Below, piece by piece: positions 19,240-29,390 of a stretch of 64,000 nucleotides of DNA. Within the stretch, counting starts at the first letter, position 1. Each line of letters starts with the position of its first letter. The notes beneath the pieces were generated by a model. The model saw only the letters and a list, made by a program, of their open reading frames with translations, was not told the origin of the DNA and did no database searches. The DNA comes from Acetivibrio sp. (lineage in GTDB: Bacteria > Bacillota > Clostridia > Acetivibrionales > Acetivibrionaceae). Location: NCBI RefSeq assembly GCF_035371925.1, contig NZ_DAORXT010000002.1, positions 2,556-66,555 of the forward strand, written 5' to 3'. The position numbers and the translations under genes were made by a program.

Positions 19240-19644
19240 CTATTTAGCCACTTGAGCCGTTCTTGAATTCTGTTGCCTTGCAATTTTCATTGCCTGCTCC
19301 CATGTATCCCGAAGTTCCTTCGCAAATCCCAGAACTTCTTCAACAATCGCACTGTCCTTCTTTATATTTGCGTCAATAAGCCTTCTGTACATATAATCAT
19401 ACAAAAGCTCCAATTGATGCGCAATATCGTATTTCATGTCCAGCGTACAGCGAAATTCCGAAATAATGTCCTGGGCCTTTATAATGCTTTTGCTTGCCTT
19501 CTCAATATTTTTATCGTCCAAGGCCATTTGAGCTTGCATCAAAAACTTTACAAGGCCATTGTACAGCATTAATGTCAGTTCTTCAGGAGTGGCGGTATAT
19601 ACCGAATTCTCCTTGTACTGATCATATGCATTTTTTAATGCCAT
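19240..19644 (-). CDS. fliS: flagellar export chaperone FliS
   Basis: 134 aa; YKENSVYTATPEELTLMLYNGLVKFL and four-helix FliS pattern. Confidence 0.92.
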   Translation of the reverse strand: MALKNAYDQYKENSVYTATPEELTLMLYNGLVKFLMQAQMALDDKNIEKASKSIIKAQDIISEFRCTLDMKYDIAHQLELLYDYMYRRLIDANIKKDSAIVEEVLGFAKELRDTWEQAMKIARQQNSRTAQVAK

Positions 19645-19704
19645 TAAAATCCCTCCAAAGGTTTATAAGTTGTAGTCCTTCGCTCTGCTTGTTTATTTCA
19701 CAAA

Positions 19705-22200
19705 TCAGCCTCGATAATTGCTAAATTGCTGGGTCAACCATGATGACTGGCTGTTCATTGCATCGAGCATTTTCTCCATAGCAGCAAACTTTTTGTAATA
19801 ATATTCCTCTTTTTCATAAATCTTTGCCAATAAATTGTCAATCAGTTCGTCCTTTTCCTTCATTTCATTTACTAAAAGATTGTCATATTCCGTCATATCT
19901 CCTACCAAGCCTGCTTTTTCCAACAAAACACCTTTCTTTCCGCTGGCATTTCTTGTTGTCCTTATGTTGTCCTGAAGTATGTCATAAATTCTCTGGGCTA
20001 TTCCGGATTCTTTATATCTTACTGACCTTTTATCGGAATCATTCAAAGCCTGGCTGTATGTGTATTGCGAACTCTGAGTAAAGAGTTGTACCACTCCATC
20101 ATAATTATCGGTAAGAGCAGCTCTAAGCTTTTCCTCATCTATAACAAGCTTGCCCTTGTCCTGGTATAACCCTGTTGTAATTCCTATCTGGTAAAGGCTC
20201 AAGGAACTTCCTTCAACCTTGTCATATAATGCTCTTCTAAGACTTGTCACGATATTTTCCAATATGCTGTCGCTTCTTAGCAAACCTGATTTGGCCTTTT
20301 CCTCCCATCTCCTTATATCATCTTCAGTCATTGCTTTCTTTTGGTCATCTGTAAGAGGAGGATATTTCCTGTCTCTTTCTTCGGTAAGCACAGAGTTGAT
20401 TTTAGATATCATATCATTATAGCTGTTTATAAAATTCTTTATATTCTCAACAACACCATCTATATCTGCCTTAACGTCAATCGTCACCGGTTCGGTAGTA
20501 ACTTCCTTTAAAGTGTAGGTTACTCCGTCTATGGTAAATTCATTGGTGCCTCGCTTCATGTCAGTGACTCCATCCAAGGTAAACTCAGCATCCTTGCCGG
20601 CAGTATAGGTTCCGCCCACAAGGCCCATTGCTTTAAGCAATCCATTGGAAGGATCCGTATCGGTGATTTCTATCGTTGAAGTCGCCCCCAAAGTCTTCGA
20701 TTCCATAATAAATCTATCATTGAGGGAATCATAGCTTACCTTGACCCCTGCCTTGCTGGAATTAATAGCATTCATGACGTCATTCATAGTTGCATTTGCA
20801 TAAGATTTACCCACATCAATAACTTGGTCATTTATGGTAAAAACAATATTGGCATTTGGGTCCGTGATATTAAAATTATTTGTAAGCTTTGAATTTAAAG
20901 ATTCAATACTTATATTAAAAGCTATCCTGTTGCTCTTGTTGTCGTTGGCAGCAAATCCCAGCTTCTCCAGTCCATCCTCAGGACCTTTTTTAAATATCAG
21001 CTTGTCCGTACCGTCGCTTGAAAAAATCAGCTTGTTGCTTGAAGCGTCTTTCGTTACCTTTACAGTGCCTCCCAACTGGCTCTGAATATACGATGCCAAT
21101 TCGTCCAAATCACTGTAATTCTTGTCTATTTCAATAGTTTTGTCTACTCCATTTATATTTACAATAAAGGTTTTACCCTTTTCGTTTCCGCTTAAGTCTA
21201 TAACACTTGAACTTATCCCGGTTGCAGTCGCTCCGTTGGAAAATCCCAGCTTGTCCAACACATTGTTGGAATCCCCGGAGGTTAACTTCACTGTCTCTCC
21301 CGAAAGAGTTGTAAAGCTTAGTTTGGTTCCGTCATTGCTCACATGTACTTTACCGCTGAGCTCGGAATTATTGTCAATGGCCTGCTGAATTTTAGCTGTA
21401 AGATCATCTATATCTGTTGCCTCCGAAATATTTATGGTCTGTGCCTCGCCGCTTCCAACGGTTATTTTAAAGCTTCCGTTGGTGTATAATGAATAATCGG
21501 AGTTTACATCCGAGCCTCCTGTAATAAAGTTCTTTTGTCCGTCTGAAAAACCTAAAGATGAAATATAATTATTTGCGGGTTCGCTTATAGTTAATGTACT
21601 GCCATTGACAAGACATTTAAACTCTATCTTGCCTCCTGTTGTCAAAACATCGATTTTTCCTGCGCCAAAGGCTTTTCCCAAAGCTGTCTCAAGTTTTTGC
21701 TCAAGATCATTGATGTCCGCATAATCTTCCAAGGATATTGTCTTTGTAACTCCGTCCAAAGTAAAATTTAATTCTCTTCCCTGAAGAGAAGTGCTGCTTA
21801 CAGTATTGCTTCCTTTAATGCCTTGAACCAATCCAGATGTTCCGACAATATTTCCCGCAGATGCCAAGGATTTCACTGTTATGGAGTGGACTTTGGAAGC
21901 CGCCGCAGCGTTGGCTGTCGCCGTCACGGCAGATTCCTTGCTTGAAGTTATCTTAAAGGATGAAAACGCACTCGTAGACGTAAAATTTGTTTTAGGCTTC
22001 AATACATTGAAATACTCGTCTGTAATACTTCTTAATTTGCTTATTATGTCCCTGTATGTATCCCTCTTCCACTCCAATATCTGTCTTTCCTGCTTTATCT
22101 TGTCAACCTTAGCTTTTTCAACACTCATCAGCTGCTCTATAATAGCATCAGTATCAAGCCCGGAAGACATACCTGTCAATCTTATTTTTCTATTAAGCAT
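19705..22200 (-). CDS. fliD: flagellar filament cap protein FliD (enlarged, four internal IN-type repeats)
   Basis: N-terminus MLNRKIRLTGMSSGLDTDAIIEQLMSVEKAKVDK and C-terminus typical of FliD. Start set at ATG 22198-22200; the ORF-track TTG at 22233 is an alternative. Confidence 0.9.
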   Translation of the reverse strand: MLNRKIRLTGMSSGLDTDAIIEQLMSVEKAKVDKIKQERQILEWKRDTYRDIISKLRSITDEYFNVLKPKTNFTSTSAFSSFKITSSKESAVTATANAAAASKVHSITVKSLASAGNIVGTSGLVQGIKGSNTVSSTSLQGRELNFTLDGVTKTISLEDYADINDLEQKLETALGKAFGAGKIDVLTTGGKIEFKCLVNGSTLTISEPANNYISSLGFSDGQKNFITGGSDVNSDYSLYTNGSFKITVGSGEAQTINISEATDIDDLTAKIQQAIDNNSELSGKVHVSNDGTKLSFTTLSGETVKLTSGDSNNVLDKLGFSNGATATGISSSVIDLSGNEKGKTFIVNINGVDKTIEIDKNYSDLDELASYIQSQLGGTVKVTKDASSNKLIFSSDGTDKLIFKKGPEDGLEKLGFAANDNKSNRIAFNISIESLNSKLTNNFNITDPNANIVFTINDQVIDVGKSYANATMNDVMNAINSSKAGVKVSYDSLNDRFIMESKTLGATSTIEITDTDPSNGLLKAMGLVGGTYTAGKDAEFTLDGVTDMKRGTNEFTIDGVTYTLKEVTTEPVTIDVKADIDGVVENIKNFINSYNDMISKINSVLTEERDRKYPPLTDDQKKAMTEDDIRRWEEKAKSGLLRSDSILENIVTSLRRALYDKVEGSSLSLYQIGITTGLYQDKGKLVIDEEKLRAALTDNYDGVVQLFTQSSQYTYSQALNDSDKRSVRYKESGIAQRIYDILQDNIRTTRNASGKKGVLLEKAGLVGDMTEYDNLLVNEMKEKDELIDNLLAKIYEKEEYYYKKFAAMEKMLDAMNSQSSWLTQQFSNYRG

Positions 22201-22229
22201 ATTCGAAATACTACTGACCGCCACCAGAT

Positions 22230-22625
22230 TCAACCCCTCTCATCAACTATGATTCCCACCATTTCCAGCATTGCCGCCACCATATCCAATATTTTCTCCG
22301 GCGGTATCTCCCTTATAACTTCCTTAGTCTCGGAATCAATAACTTTTACCATGATCTCTTTGCTTTTCTCGTGTACAGAAAACTCCAATTGCGTATGAAT
22401 GCCGTTTATCGCCTTGTTTGCCTTCTCAATTGCATTTATAATTGCCTTTTGGGATAATGTCTCGCCCTTCTCATTTTCCGACAAATATGCATCTGCAAAA
22501 ACTTTTTTTGCGTCCGCTGACTCTTTACCGGGACTATTGCCGGAATTTATGGTATTAGGTTGATAATCTTTACTCTGGATTTTTAAAACCTGTAAATTTG
22601 CAGCATCCATGCTATCGATTTTCAT
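22230..22625 (-). CDS. flaG: flagellar protein FlaG
   Basis: 131 aa; LEFSVHEKSKEIMVKVIDSETKEVIREIPPEKILDM is the FlaG core motif; precedes fliD. Confidence 0.85.
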   Translation of the reverse strand: MKIDSMDAANLQVLKIQSKDYQPNTINSGNSPGKESADAKKVFADAYLSENEKGETLSQKAIINAIEKANKAINGIHTQLEFSVHEKSKEIMVKVIDSETKEVIREIPPEKILDMVAAMLEMVGIIVDERG

Positions 22626-22658
22626 AAATAATCCCTCCGTGAATCTTTCTCACTAAGA

Positions 22659-22686
22659 ATATCGGAGGATAATCAGAATTAATTTA
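22659..22686 (-). promoter_or_regulatory. sigma-D (sigma-28) type promoter for flaG-fliD-fliS
   Basis: Minus strand TAAA-16 nt-TCCGATAT, 33 nt upstream of the flaG ATG; the B. subtilis homologous operon is sigma-D dependent. Confidence 0.55.
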
Positions 22687-22689
22687 GCA

Positions 22690-23634
22690 TTAAGTTGCAA
22701 GTGTACTTCTTATCCATTCTTCAGTCCTTTTTATACCTTCCTCTAAAGATACTTTAGGAGCCCATCCCAAAAGCTCTCTAGCCTTTTGGTAGTTGCACAG
22801 AAGCTTTGATATCTCGCTTTGGGGATGAATATGGGGAACATGTACTATTTTTTCCTTGTCTTTAGCGATCAAAAGTGCAAGGTCATTAATGCTTATATCC
22901 TTGCCCAGCCCGGCATTTACTATTTCCCCATTTACTTTGTCGGAATAGCCGGCCTGCACCACAAATTCCGCACAGTCTTCAACGTAGAGCAGATCCCTGG
23001 TCTGAAAACCGTCCCCATATATATTGAGAGGAAGTCCTTCCAGATTTCTCTTTATGAAAATAGCTACAACGCCGCCCTCGCCGCTGGATTTCTGCATGGG
23101 ACCGTAAGTATTGAAAGGACGAATAACCACTGCCGGAAGCTTATAGGCATACCAGTAGGATAAAACCATATTTTCTCCGGCAATCTTGCTGCCAGCGTAA
23201 GGTGAAGCCGGTTTTGTGGGATGCGCTTCGGTTATACCCTTTTCATCGTTTGCCCTGTCATATACCATGCAAGTACTCATGAAAACAATTTTGGTGTTGT
23301 ATTTTCTGCATTGCTCCAATACATTAAAAGTTCCCACCACATCATTTTGAAATGTTGTGCCCGGGTCGTCAATGCTGTCCTGTACGTTAATGCTTGCCGC
23401 TAAGTGATAGCATATGTCAAACTTGTTTTCAAAAAGATTATCCAAGATAGAAACGTTCTTGATGTCTCCTTCAACGAATCCTGCAAAATTGGGGTTTTGC
23501 ATAAATTCTTCGATATTCTTGCGTTGGCCGTTTGAAAGGTCGTCCAATACCCACACCTTGTGTCCGTCATCTAAAAGCTTTTTAACCACCCAACGTCCTA
23601 TAAATCCGGCTCCTCCCGTTACCAATATATTCAA
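22690..23634 (-). CDS. NAD-dependent sugar-nucleotide epimerase/dehydratase (extended SDR)
   Basis: 314 aa; VTGGAGFIG Rossmann motif, catalytic SPYAGSK (YxxxK). Confidence 0.85.
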   Translation of the reverse strand: MNILVTGGAGFIGRWVVKKLLDDGHKVWVLDDLSNGQRKNIEEFMQNPNFAGFVEGDIKNVSILDNLFENKFDICYHLAASINVQDSIDDPGTTFQNDVVGTFNVLEQCRKYNTKIVFMSTCMVYDRANDEKGITEAHPTKPASPYAGSKIAGENMVLSYWYAYKLPAVVIRPFNTYGPMQKSSGEGGVVAIFIKRNLEGLPLNIYGDGFQTRDLLYVEDCAEFVVQAGYSDKVNGEIVNAGLGKDISINDLALLIAKDKEKIVHVPHIHPQSEISKLLCNYQKARELLGWAPKVSLEEGIKRTEEWIRSTLAT

Positions 23635-23649
23635 ATCAAATCACCCTTT

Positions 23650-24819
23650 CTATATAATATGTTTTTGAAGTACATCCTTAACATTTGAAATTACATACAA
23701 AACATCTTCCTTTTCCATTTTGGGAAACAGAGGAAGGGTTATTATTCTCTCATATAAATCTTCAGCATGAGGACACAAACCTTTTTTATATCCCAGTTGT
23801 CTGTAAAACGGATGATAGTATACAGGAATATAATGAACATTTACTCCTATCCCTCTGGCTTGAAGCTCTTCAAATATCTTTTTTCTGTCGCAGTTAAGTC
23901 TCTCTAACTTAAATTTTAAAATGTACAAATGCCATGAGGAATTTGTGCCGTCAAGCTGGTATGGAACAACCACCTCATTAATTGACTCAAAAGCTTCTGT
24001 ATAGAGCTTTGCATAATCTCTTCTTAACTTAAGAAATCTATCGGATTTCTTAAGCTGGCTTACACCCAATGCAGCCTGGATATCTGTTATTCTGTAATTA
24101 TAACCGAGATACTGTTGTTCATAATACCACGGGCCGTGATTTTCGGTTAAATCTTCCTTTTCCCTTGTTATTCCGTGTGTTCTGAAAAGAGTGAGTTTTT
24201 TGTACAGCTCCTCACTGTTTGTAGTAATTGCACCGCCTTCACCGGTGGTGATATGCTTTACAGGGTGGAAGCTAAAGGTGGTCATATCAGACAGACCTCC
24301 AATTTTCTTACCTTTATACTCTGCTCCAAGGGCATGGGCTCCGTCCTCTATTACAACAAGATTGTATTCCTCGGCAATTCTCAATATTTCGTCCATGTCA
24401 CAGGGTTGTCCGGTAAAATGCACCGGTATGATTGCTTTGGTTTTTTCGGTAATCTTCTTCCTTATTTCTTTAGGATTTATATTGTAGGTATCGGGATCAA
24501 TATCAGCAAATACGGGCTTTGCCCCCATGTACAGCAAACAGTTGGCAGAAGCGGCAAAAGTAATGGGAGTCGTAATTACTTCGTCTCCCTCTTTTATCCC
24601 GGCGGCAAAGCATGCCGCATGAAGTGCCGCCGTTCCGTTGGATATGGCAACAGCATACTTTGCGCCGGTATACTGCGCTAAATTTTCTTCAAATTCCTTT
24701 ATTTTGGGGCCTGTTGTTAAATAATCCCCCTTCAATACTTGAACTACAGCATTAATATCATCTTCATCAATCCACTGACGTCCATAGGGTATGAATTTCT
24801 TCTCCGCCTTCTTGTCCAT
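23650..24819 (-). CDS. pseC: DegT/DnrJ-family aminotransferase, PseC-like (UDP-4-amino-4,6-dideoxy-N-acetyl-beta-L-altrosamine transaminase)
   Basis: Start at ATG 24817-24819 (GGGAGA upstream); IPYGRQWIDEDDINAVVQVLKGDYLTTGPKIKEFE and SFHPVKHITTGEGG (PLP lysine) match the PseC pattern. Confidence 0.8.
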   Translation of the reverse strand: MDKKAEKKFIPYGRQWIDEDDINAVVQVLKGDYLTTGPKIKEFEENLAQYTGAKYAVAISNGTAALHAACFAAGIKEGDEVITTPITFAASANCLLYMGAKPVFADIDPDTYNINPKEIRKKITEKTKAIIPVHFTGQPCDMDEILRIAEEYNLVVIEDGAHALGAEYKGKKIGGLSDMTTFSFHPVKHITTGEGGAITTNSEELYKKLTLFRTHGITREKEDLTENHGPWYYEQQYLGYNYRITDIQAALGVSQLKKSDRFLKLRRDYAKLYTEAFESINEVVVPYQLDGTNSSWHLYILKFKLERLNCDRKKIFEELQARGIGVNVHYIPVYYHPFYRQLGYKKGLCPHAEDLYERIITLPLFPKMEKEDVLYVISNVKDVLQKHII

Positions 24820-24880
24820 ATGTATTTCTCCCTGTAAAATGTAATTTATATTATATTTTTTCAATAGGCTCTCTTATTTG

Positions 24881-25540
24881 TTATTTCTTTGCCACCACAT
24901 GATAATACGAATTTAGTATAGTACGATTGTTTTCTGTATATTCATAGTCATCCAGCATCTCTATACTAAGTTCGGACATTTCATACATTTCTATAATATC
25001 TTTTTCGTCTGCAAAGAAATAACAGCATCCTTCCCGGCCAGTACCGGTTTCCAACTTGTATAGCCCTTCTCCCATATCTATCCCTCGTACAAAGAGGTGA
25101 TCCCTTTTGGTCCTCCAGTTGGCCCATATTTTCCCGCCGGGTTTGAGTACCTTTGCCAAATTTGCAAGTATCTTGACATTGTCTGATTTTCTATTATAAA
25201 ACAGGCTGCCCACTGCTATAATACCGTCCACACTATTTTCCTCAAGCGGCACTTCAAACCCCGTATTTTTTACAATCCTAATACTAAGATTTTCTTCCAT
25301 TGATTTATGCCTAACCAAATCAAGAGCCTCTTTTGTATAATCCATTGCAATACAACTATAGCCCTCTTTGCTCAAGGCAATCGCATTCCTTCCCGCACCA
25401 CATCCGTAATCTAAAATTATGCTTCCCGGCTTATAATTTCTCTTTACAAATCGTAATACATTCTCGTCCGGCCATATCAGATTGGCACGTGCGATCTCGG
25501 CACCCCAAAATTTTTTAGTATTCTCAAATTCCAAATTCAT
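24881..25540 (-). CDS. class I SAM-dependent methyltransferase
   Basis: 219 aa; ILDYGCGAGRNAIAL motif I. Confidence 0.8.
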   Translation of the reverse strand: MNLEFENTKKFWGAEIARANLIWPDENVLRFVKRNYKPGSIILDYGCGAGRNAIALSKEGYSCIAMDYTKEALDLVRHKSMEENLSIRIVKNTGFEVPLEENSVDGIIAVGSLFYNRKSDNVKILANLAKVLKPGGKIWANWRTKRDHLFVRGIDMGEGLYKLETGTGREGCCYFFADEKDIIEMYEMSELSIEMLDDYEYTENNRTILNSYYHVVAKK

Positions 25541-25544
25541 ATCA

Positions 25545-26579
25545 TCAGCCTACTTTTAACCCATAAATTTTTGATGCAATTCTGCTGCATCCTTTTCCGT
25601 CTACTAGTGTTCTCATTTTGCTTGACATTTCATCTAAAGCTCCGTCTAAAGAGGCCAACGTTAAAATACTATCCAATAATTTTTCAAAAAAATTGTCTGT
25701 CCGAACATCTCCGGCATATACCAAATAGCCGTTTTCTCCTAAGTATTTTGCTTCCGAAATTTGATTGTCCACCATTGAATATATTACAGAAGGTATGCCT
25801 AAAGCACACAACTCATACATGGTTGTGCCTCCTGCCGATACAACCAGGTCATGTGCTTTCATTACATCCGCTATTTTATCGGTGGATGCCATATATGTAA
25901 TATGGTCATCTTCATTCTTACAAGCTTGATGCCCCGCAATCTCGCTATATGTGCCAATTACAAATGTAAATTTAAACTTTTTTAAGTCATCTCTGGATTT
26001 AATCTCCTTGACTACTGATTCGACAACATTAAGGGGATCCCCTCCACCCGTAAGGAATAATATTTTCTCTATAGTATTATTCCTCTCTAATTTAGGTTTA
26101 CCAAACTCTTTTCGCAAAGGAACATACTCTGTTCCCAACAGCAGTTCTACATTTTTTGAATCATAATTCCGTTCATAAAAACTTTTATCATAATCCACAT
26201 TGTAGTTTATCAGCAAGTCTACAGGCATAACGCGATTTTCACAGTAAAAGCAGCCTATTTTTGCAAACTGTCTTAGAAAAGACAGATATTCGTACGTTAC
26301 ATAATAGCTGTCGGCTATCACTATAGAAGCTTGCTCCGTTTCTATAATTTTCGCCATGGATTTGGCAGCATATAAAGAGTAATCTTTATATGCCAAACCC
26401 AAATTTATCACTTCTTTTTTGCGCATGGCAAAAAAACGTTCGCTGTCTTCATCGGAAACTGCAAATAAACATTGTGCATCATAATTGGAGCTTAATTCGT
26501 TTGCAACAGCCAAACATCTTGCTGCATGCCCTTGTCCTATATTTTGATTTGCATCTACTCTAAAACATATCTTTTTCAT
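25545..26579 (-). CDS. pseG: PseG-like UDP-sugar hydrolase (GT28-related), copy 1
   Basis: 344 aa; FRVDANQNIGQGHAARCLAVANEL N-terminal signature and LTGGGDP motif. Confidence 0.8.
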   Translation of the reverse strand: MKKICFRVDANQNIGQGHAARCLAVANELSSNYDAQCLFAVSDEDSERFFAMRKKEVINLGLAYKDYSLYAAKSMAKIIETEQASIVIADSYYVTYEYLSFLRQFAKIGCFYCENRVMPVDLLINYNVDYDKSFYERNYDSKNVELLLGTEYVPLRKEFGKPKLERNNTIEKILFLTGGGDPLNVVESVVKEIKSRDDLKKFKFTFVIGTYSEIAGHQACKNEDDHITYMASTDKIADVMKAHDLVVSAGGTTMYELCALGIPSVIYSMVDNQISEAKYLGENGYLVYAGDVRTDNFFEKLLDSILTLASLDGALDEMSSKMRTLVDGKGCSRIASKIYGLKVG

Positions 26580-27528
26580 TTTTCAACATAGCATCTGTAT
26601 ATTTTAATAAAACCGTATTTCCCTCATATTCTCCAATAACAGGTTTATTCTGCCGTCCCTTGGCATTTTCTGCAATAAACTTAATAAAATTCACGCCACA
26701 TTCATATGCGTGAGGATATCCTCCTCCAAACCTGGGATTTATCTCCAAAACATTATATACCCCGTTATATTTAAACACATCAATATCTATCGGACCTCTA
26801 AAGTCAAATTCCTTTATAACGTCTTCTACCAGTTTAAATAATTCTTGGTCTTTTATAGATTTTGACTTTTCCGTTTCACCGGCTCTCATTCTAATCTTTT
26901 CTTTGACAAAAATAGCGATAATCTCTCCGCTAATGAAGTCAACATATGCATCAACTCCATACTCTTTTACCTCCAGATAAGGCTGGACAACAAGCTCTTT
27001 CTGTGAGCATTTTGCAAACTCTGCAAGCAGCGGCCACGAATCAATTTTAAGCATTCCTACACTTCCTGCCCCAAACCTGTCTTTTGCTATTATCGGCAAA
27101 GTCATATCTTTTATTATATCCGTCTCTGAATTATAATCATATGTTTCCACGCAAGAAATGCCCTTTGATAGAAGGGTTTTATACAACAGATATTTATCCC
27201 TGCATATTTTTAGGGTCTCGATATCGGATATCGCAACCAGAATGTTCAGATTTTCAAATATAGCTTTGTTTTGAGATATAAGCTCTATTTCATCTTCTTG
27301 TAGAGGAAGTATGACATTGATTTCTTCCTTTTTGCAAATATTAATTAACATAGGCAAATAATTAGTGTCATGCATTCTCGGAACTATATAGTGATTGTCT
27401 GCCATATAGACAGCAGGTGCATATATACTGCTGTCCGTAGCCACTACCTTGTCAAATCCGTTATTTCTGTCTTTAAAATAGTTTATCAACTGGCACCTTG
27501 TACCGGCGCTTAAAATAAGTATATTCAT
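26560..27528 (-). CDS. ATP-grasp domain ligase
   Basis: Start at ATG 27526-27528 (MNILILSAGTR); ATP-grasp core (VVQPYLEVKEYGVDAY, LEINPRFGGGYP). Confidence 0.8.
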   Translation of the reverse strand: MNILILSAGTRCQLINYFKDRNNGFDKVVATDSSIYAPAVYMADNHYIVPRMHDTNYLPMLINICKKEEINVILPLQEDEIELISQNKAIFENLNILVAISDIETLKICRDKYLLYKTLLSKGISCVETYDYNSETDIIKDMTLPIIAKDRFGAGSVGMLKIDSWPLLAEFAKCSQKELVVQPYLEVKEYGVDAYVDFISGEIIAIFVKEKIRMRAGETEKSKSIKDQELFKLVEDVIKEFDFRGPIDIDVFKYNGVYNVLEINPRFGGGYPHAYECGVNFIKFIAENAKGRQNKPVIGEYEGNTVLLKYTDAMLKNEKDMF

Positions 27529-27551
27529 CAGCAAAACGACCCCCTTTATGT

Positions 27552-28601
27552 TCAATCAATAAACTTCCACTGCAAAGCAGTACCTTTTTTCAAATCACGA
27601 TTTACCCTTTTGCCTAAAATTTCTTCATAATACCTGGTATGTAACCCATAACCCGGACGTATGGATTTTACATTCTCCGGCGTAAGAGTCTCTCCGGCTG
27701 CCACGTCTTTTACTATATACAGTGAACGCGACCTCTTCTTGCTCATCTTTTGTCTGTCCGTAAGCTCATATGTCACGGTGCCGAGGGATTTCTCCACATT
27801 CCTTATGTCTTGAACCATTTTTCCAAATTCATCCGGTTCCATGGAAAAGTTTGAATCCGCTCCTCCATCTTTCCGTGACAATGTAAGATGCTTTTCTATT
27901 ACTTTAGCTCCCAATGCTACAGCAGCAACCGACACACAGCTTCCCAAAGAATGATCGGACAATCCCACAACACAACCAAAAGTCTCTTTCATATTCACCA
28001 TGGTCTTAAGATTAATATCTTCATATGGAGTGGGATACTCGGAAACACACTTGAGTAAAATAATTTGGTCATTTCCTGCCGCTTTGCATGTTTCAATTGC
28101 CATCTCAATGTCGCCGAGGTTTGCCAAGCCGGTAGAAATAATAATGGGCTTTCCTTCAGAAGCTACTTTCTTAATCAACGGAATGTCATTTATCTCATAA
28201 GAAGCGATCTTGTACGCCGGCATATTAAATTGTCTGAGGAAATCTACAGAAGATAAATCAAAGGGTGAAGAAAACATTGAAATTCCTATTTCTTTCGCAT
28301 AATCAAACAGCTCCTGATGCCACTCCCATGGAGTATATGCTGTCTTGTACAATTCAAATAGATTCATCCCTTCCCACGGGCTGCCCGGTGTACATAAAAA
28401 CTCCTCCCCGTAGCAATCTATAGTGATTGTGTCGGGGCGGTATGTTTGTATTTTTATTGCATCGGCCCCGGCCTCTTTTGCAGCTGAAATAATTCGTTTT
28501 GCCCTGTCCATATCCTGCAAGTGATTTGCTGACATCTCTGCAACAATATAGACTTTACCGGACTTTAGCAAATCATTACCGTCAAGAATCACGCTGCCCA
28601 T
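27552..28601 (-). CDS. pseI: pseudaminic acid synthase (NeuB family), copy 1
   Basis: Start at ATG 28599-28601; IVAEMSANHLQDMDRAKRIISAAKEAGADAIKIQTYRPDTITI and C-terminal SAF domain. Confidence 0.85.
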   Translation of the reverse strand: MGSVILDGNDLLKSGKVYIVAEMSANHLQDMDRAKRIISAAKEAGADAIKIQTYRPDTITIDCYGEEFLCTPGSPWEGMNLFELYKTAYTPWEWHQELFDYAKEIGISMFSSPFDLSSVDFLRQFNMPAYKIASYEINDIPLIKKVASEGKPIIISTGLANLGDIEMAIETCKAAGNDQIILLKCVSEYPTPYEDINLKTMVNMKETFGCVVGLSDHSLGSCVSVAAVALGAKVIEKHLTLSRKDGGADSNFSMEPDEFGKMVQDIRNVEKSLGTVTYELTDRQKMSKKRSRSLYIVKDVAAGETLTPENVKSIRPGYGLHTRYYEEILGKRVNRDLKKGTALQWKFID

Positions 28602-29307
28602 CTTTTTTCCCTTCTTTCTCAACCCACAATTTGTATTTGGCTTCGGCAATCAGCCAATCTTCCTCTGTATCAATATCTTGAACTGACATGGGTGACAAAA
28701 TTATCGGCATTATTCCGTCTTCGATTCTTCCGTTTCGCATATAGAAAGGCTTTACGTTATATATGTAAAACTGACCTGCATCATGATATAATTTTTCCAA
28801 GTCCTGAGATCTGGTATCGATATACTCTTTGTACTTATAGCTTATAAAACCGTTTTCATCCATACTATAGCATCTCTGCGGAGGATAAGAAAATTCAACA
28901 ACAGCAATAACTTCATCGGGCTTATACGTATCCATAATTTTTACTGCGTCTCTTATAAGCTCCGGTGTCGTAAAGGGTGCCGTCGGATATAAGCAAAAAA
29001 CATAATCAAACTCCCTTCCAAGCTTTTTATATTCTTCCAAGACCTCCATAACCACTTGGGCTGTTGTGGCGTAATCATCCGCCATTTGACTGCTTCTGAA
29101 AAACGGAACCCTGGCACCATATTTCTTTGCAATTTCGGCAATTTCTTCACTGTCTGTGGAGACCATTACCTCCTCAAAAACACCGCTTTCCAAAGCTGCC
29201 CCAATAGAATATGCTATAATTGGTTTTCCGCAAAAATCTTTTATATTTTTCTTCGGTATTCTTTTGCTACCACCTCGTGCAGGTATGATAGCGATGCTTT
29301 TTTCCAT
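28582..29307 (-). CDS. pseF: CMP-pseudaminic acid synthetase-like cytidylyltransferase
   Basis: Start at ATG 29305-29307 (AAGGAGG upstream); IAIIPARGGSKRIPKKNIKDFCGKPIIAYSI. Confidence 0.8.
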   Translation of the reverse strand: MEKSIAIIPARGGSKRIPKKNIKDFCGKPIIAYSIGAALESGVFEEVMVSTDSEEIAEIAKKYGARVPFFRSSQMADDYATTAQVVMEVLEEYKKLGREFDYVFCLYPTAPFTTPELIRDAVKIMDTYKPDEVIAVVEFSYPPQRCYSMDENGFISYKYKEYIDTRSQDLEKLYHDAGQFYIYNVKPFYMRNGRIEDGIMPIILSPMSVQDIDTEEDWLIAEAKYKLWVEKEGKKDGQRDS

Positions 29308-29390
29308 GGAGAACCTCCTTACGAACAGAGTCTTTTTTCGTAGTTTCACTCCGTCGGCAAATCCATGTTAGTGTGAAGATATAATTTAAG

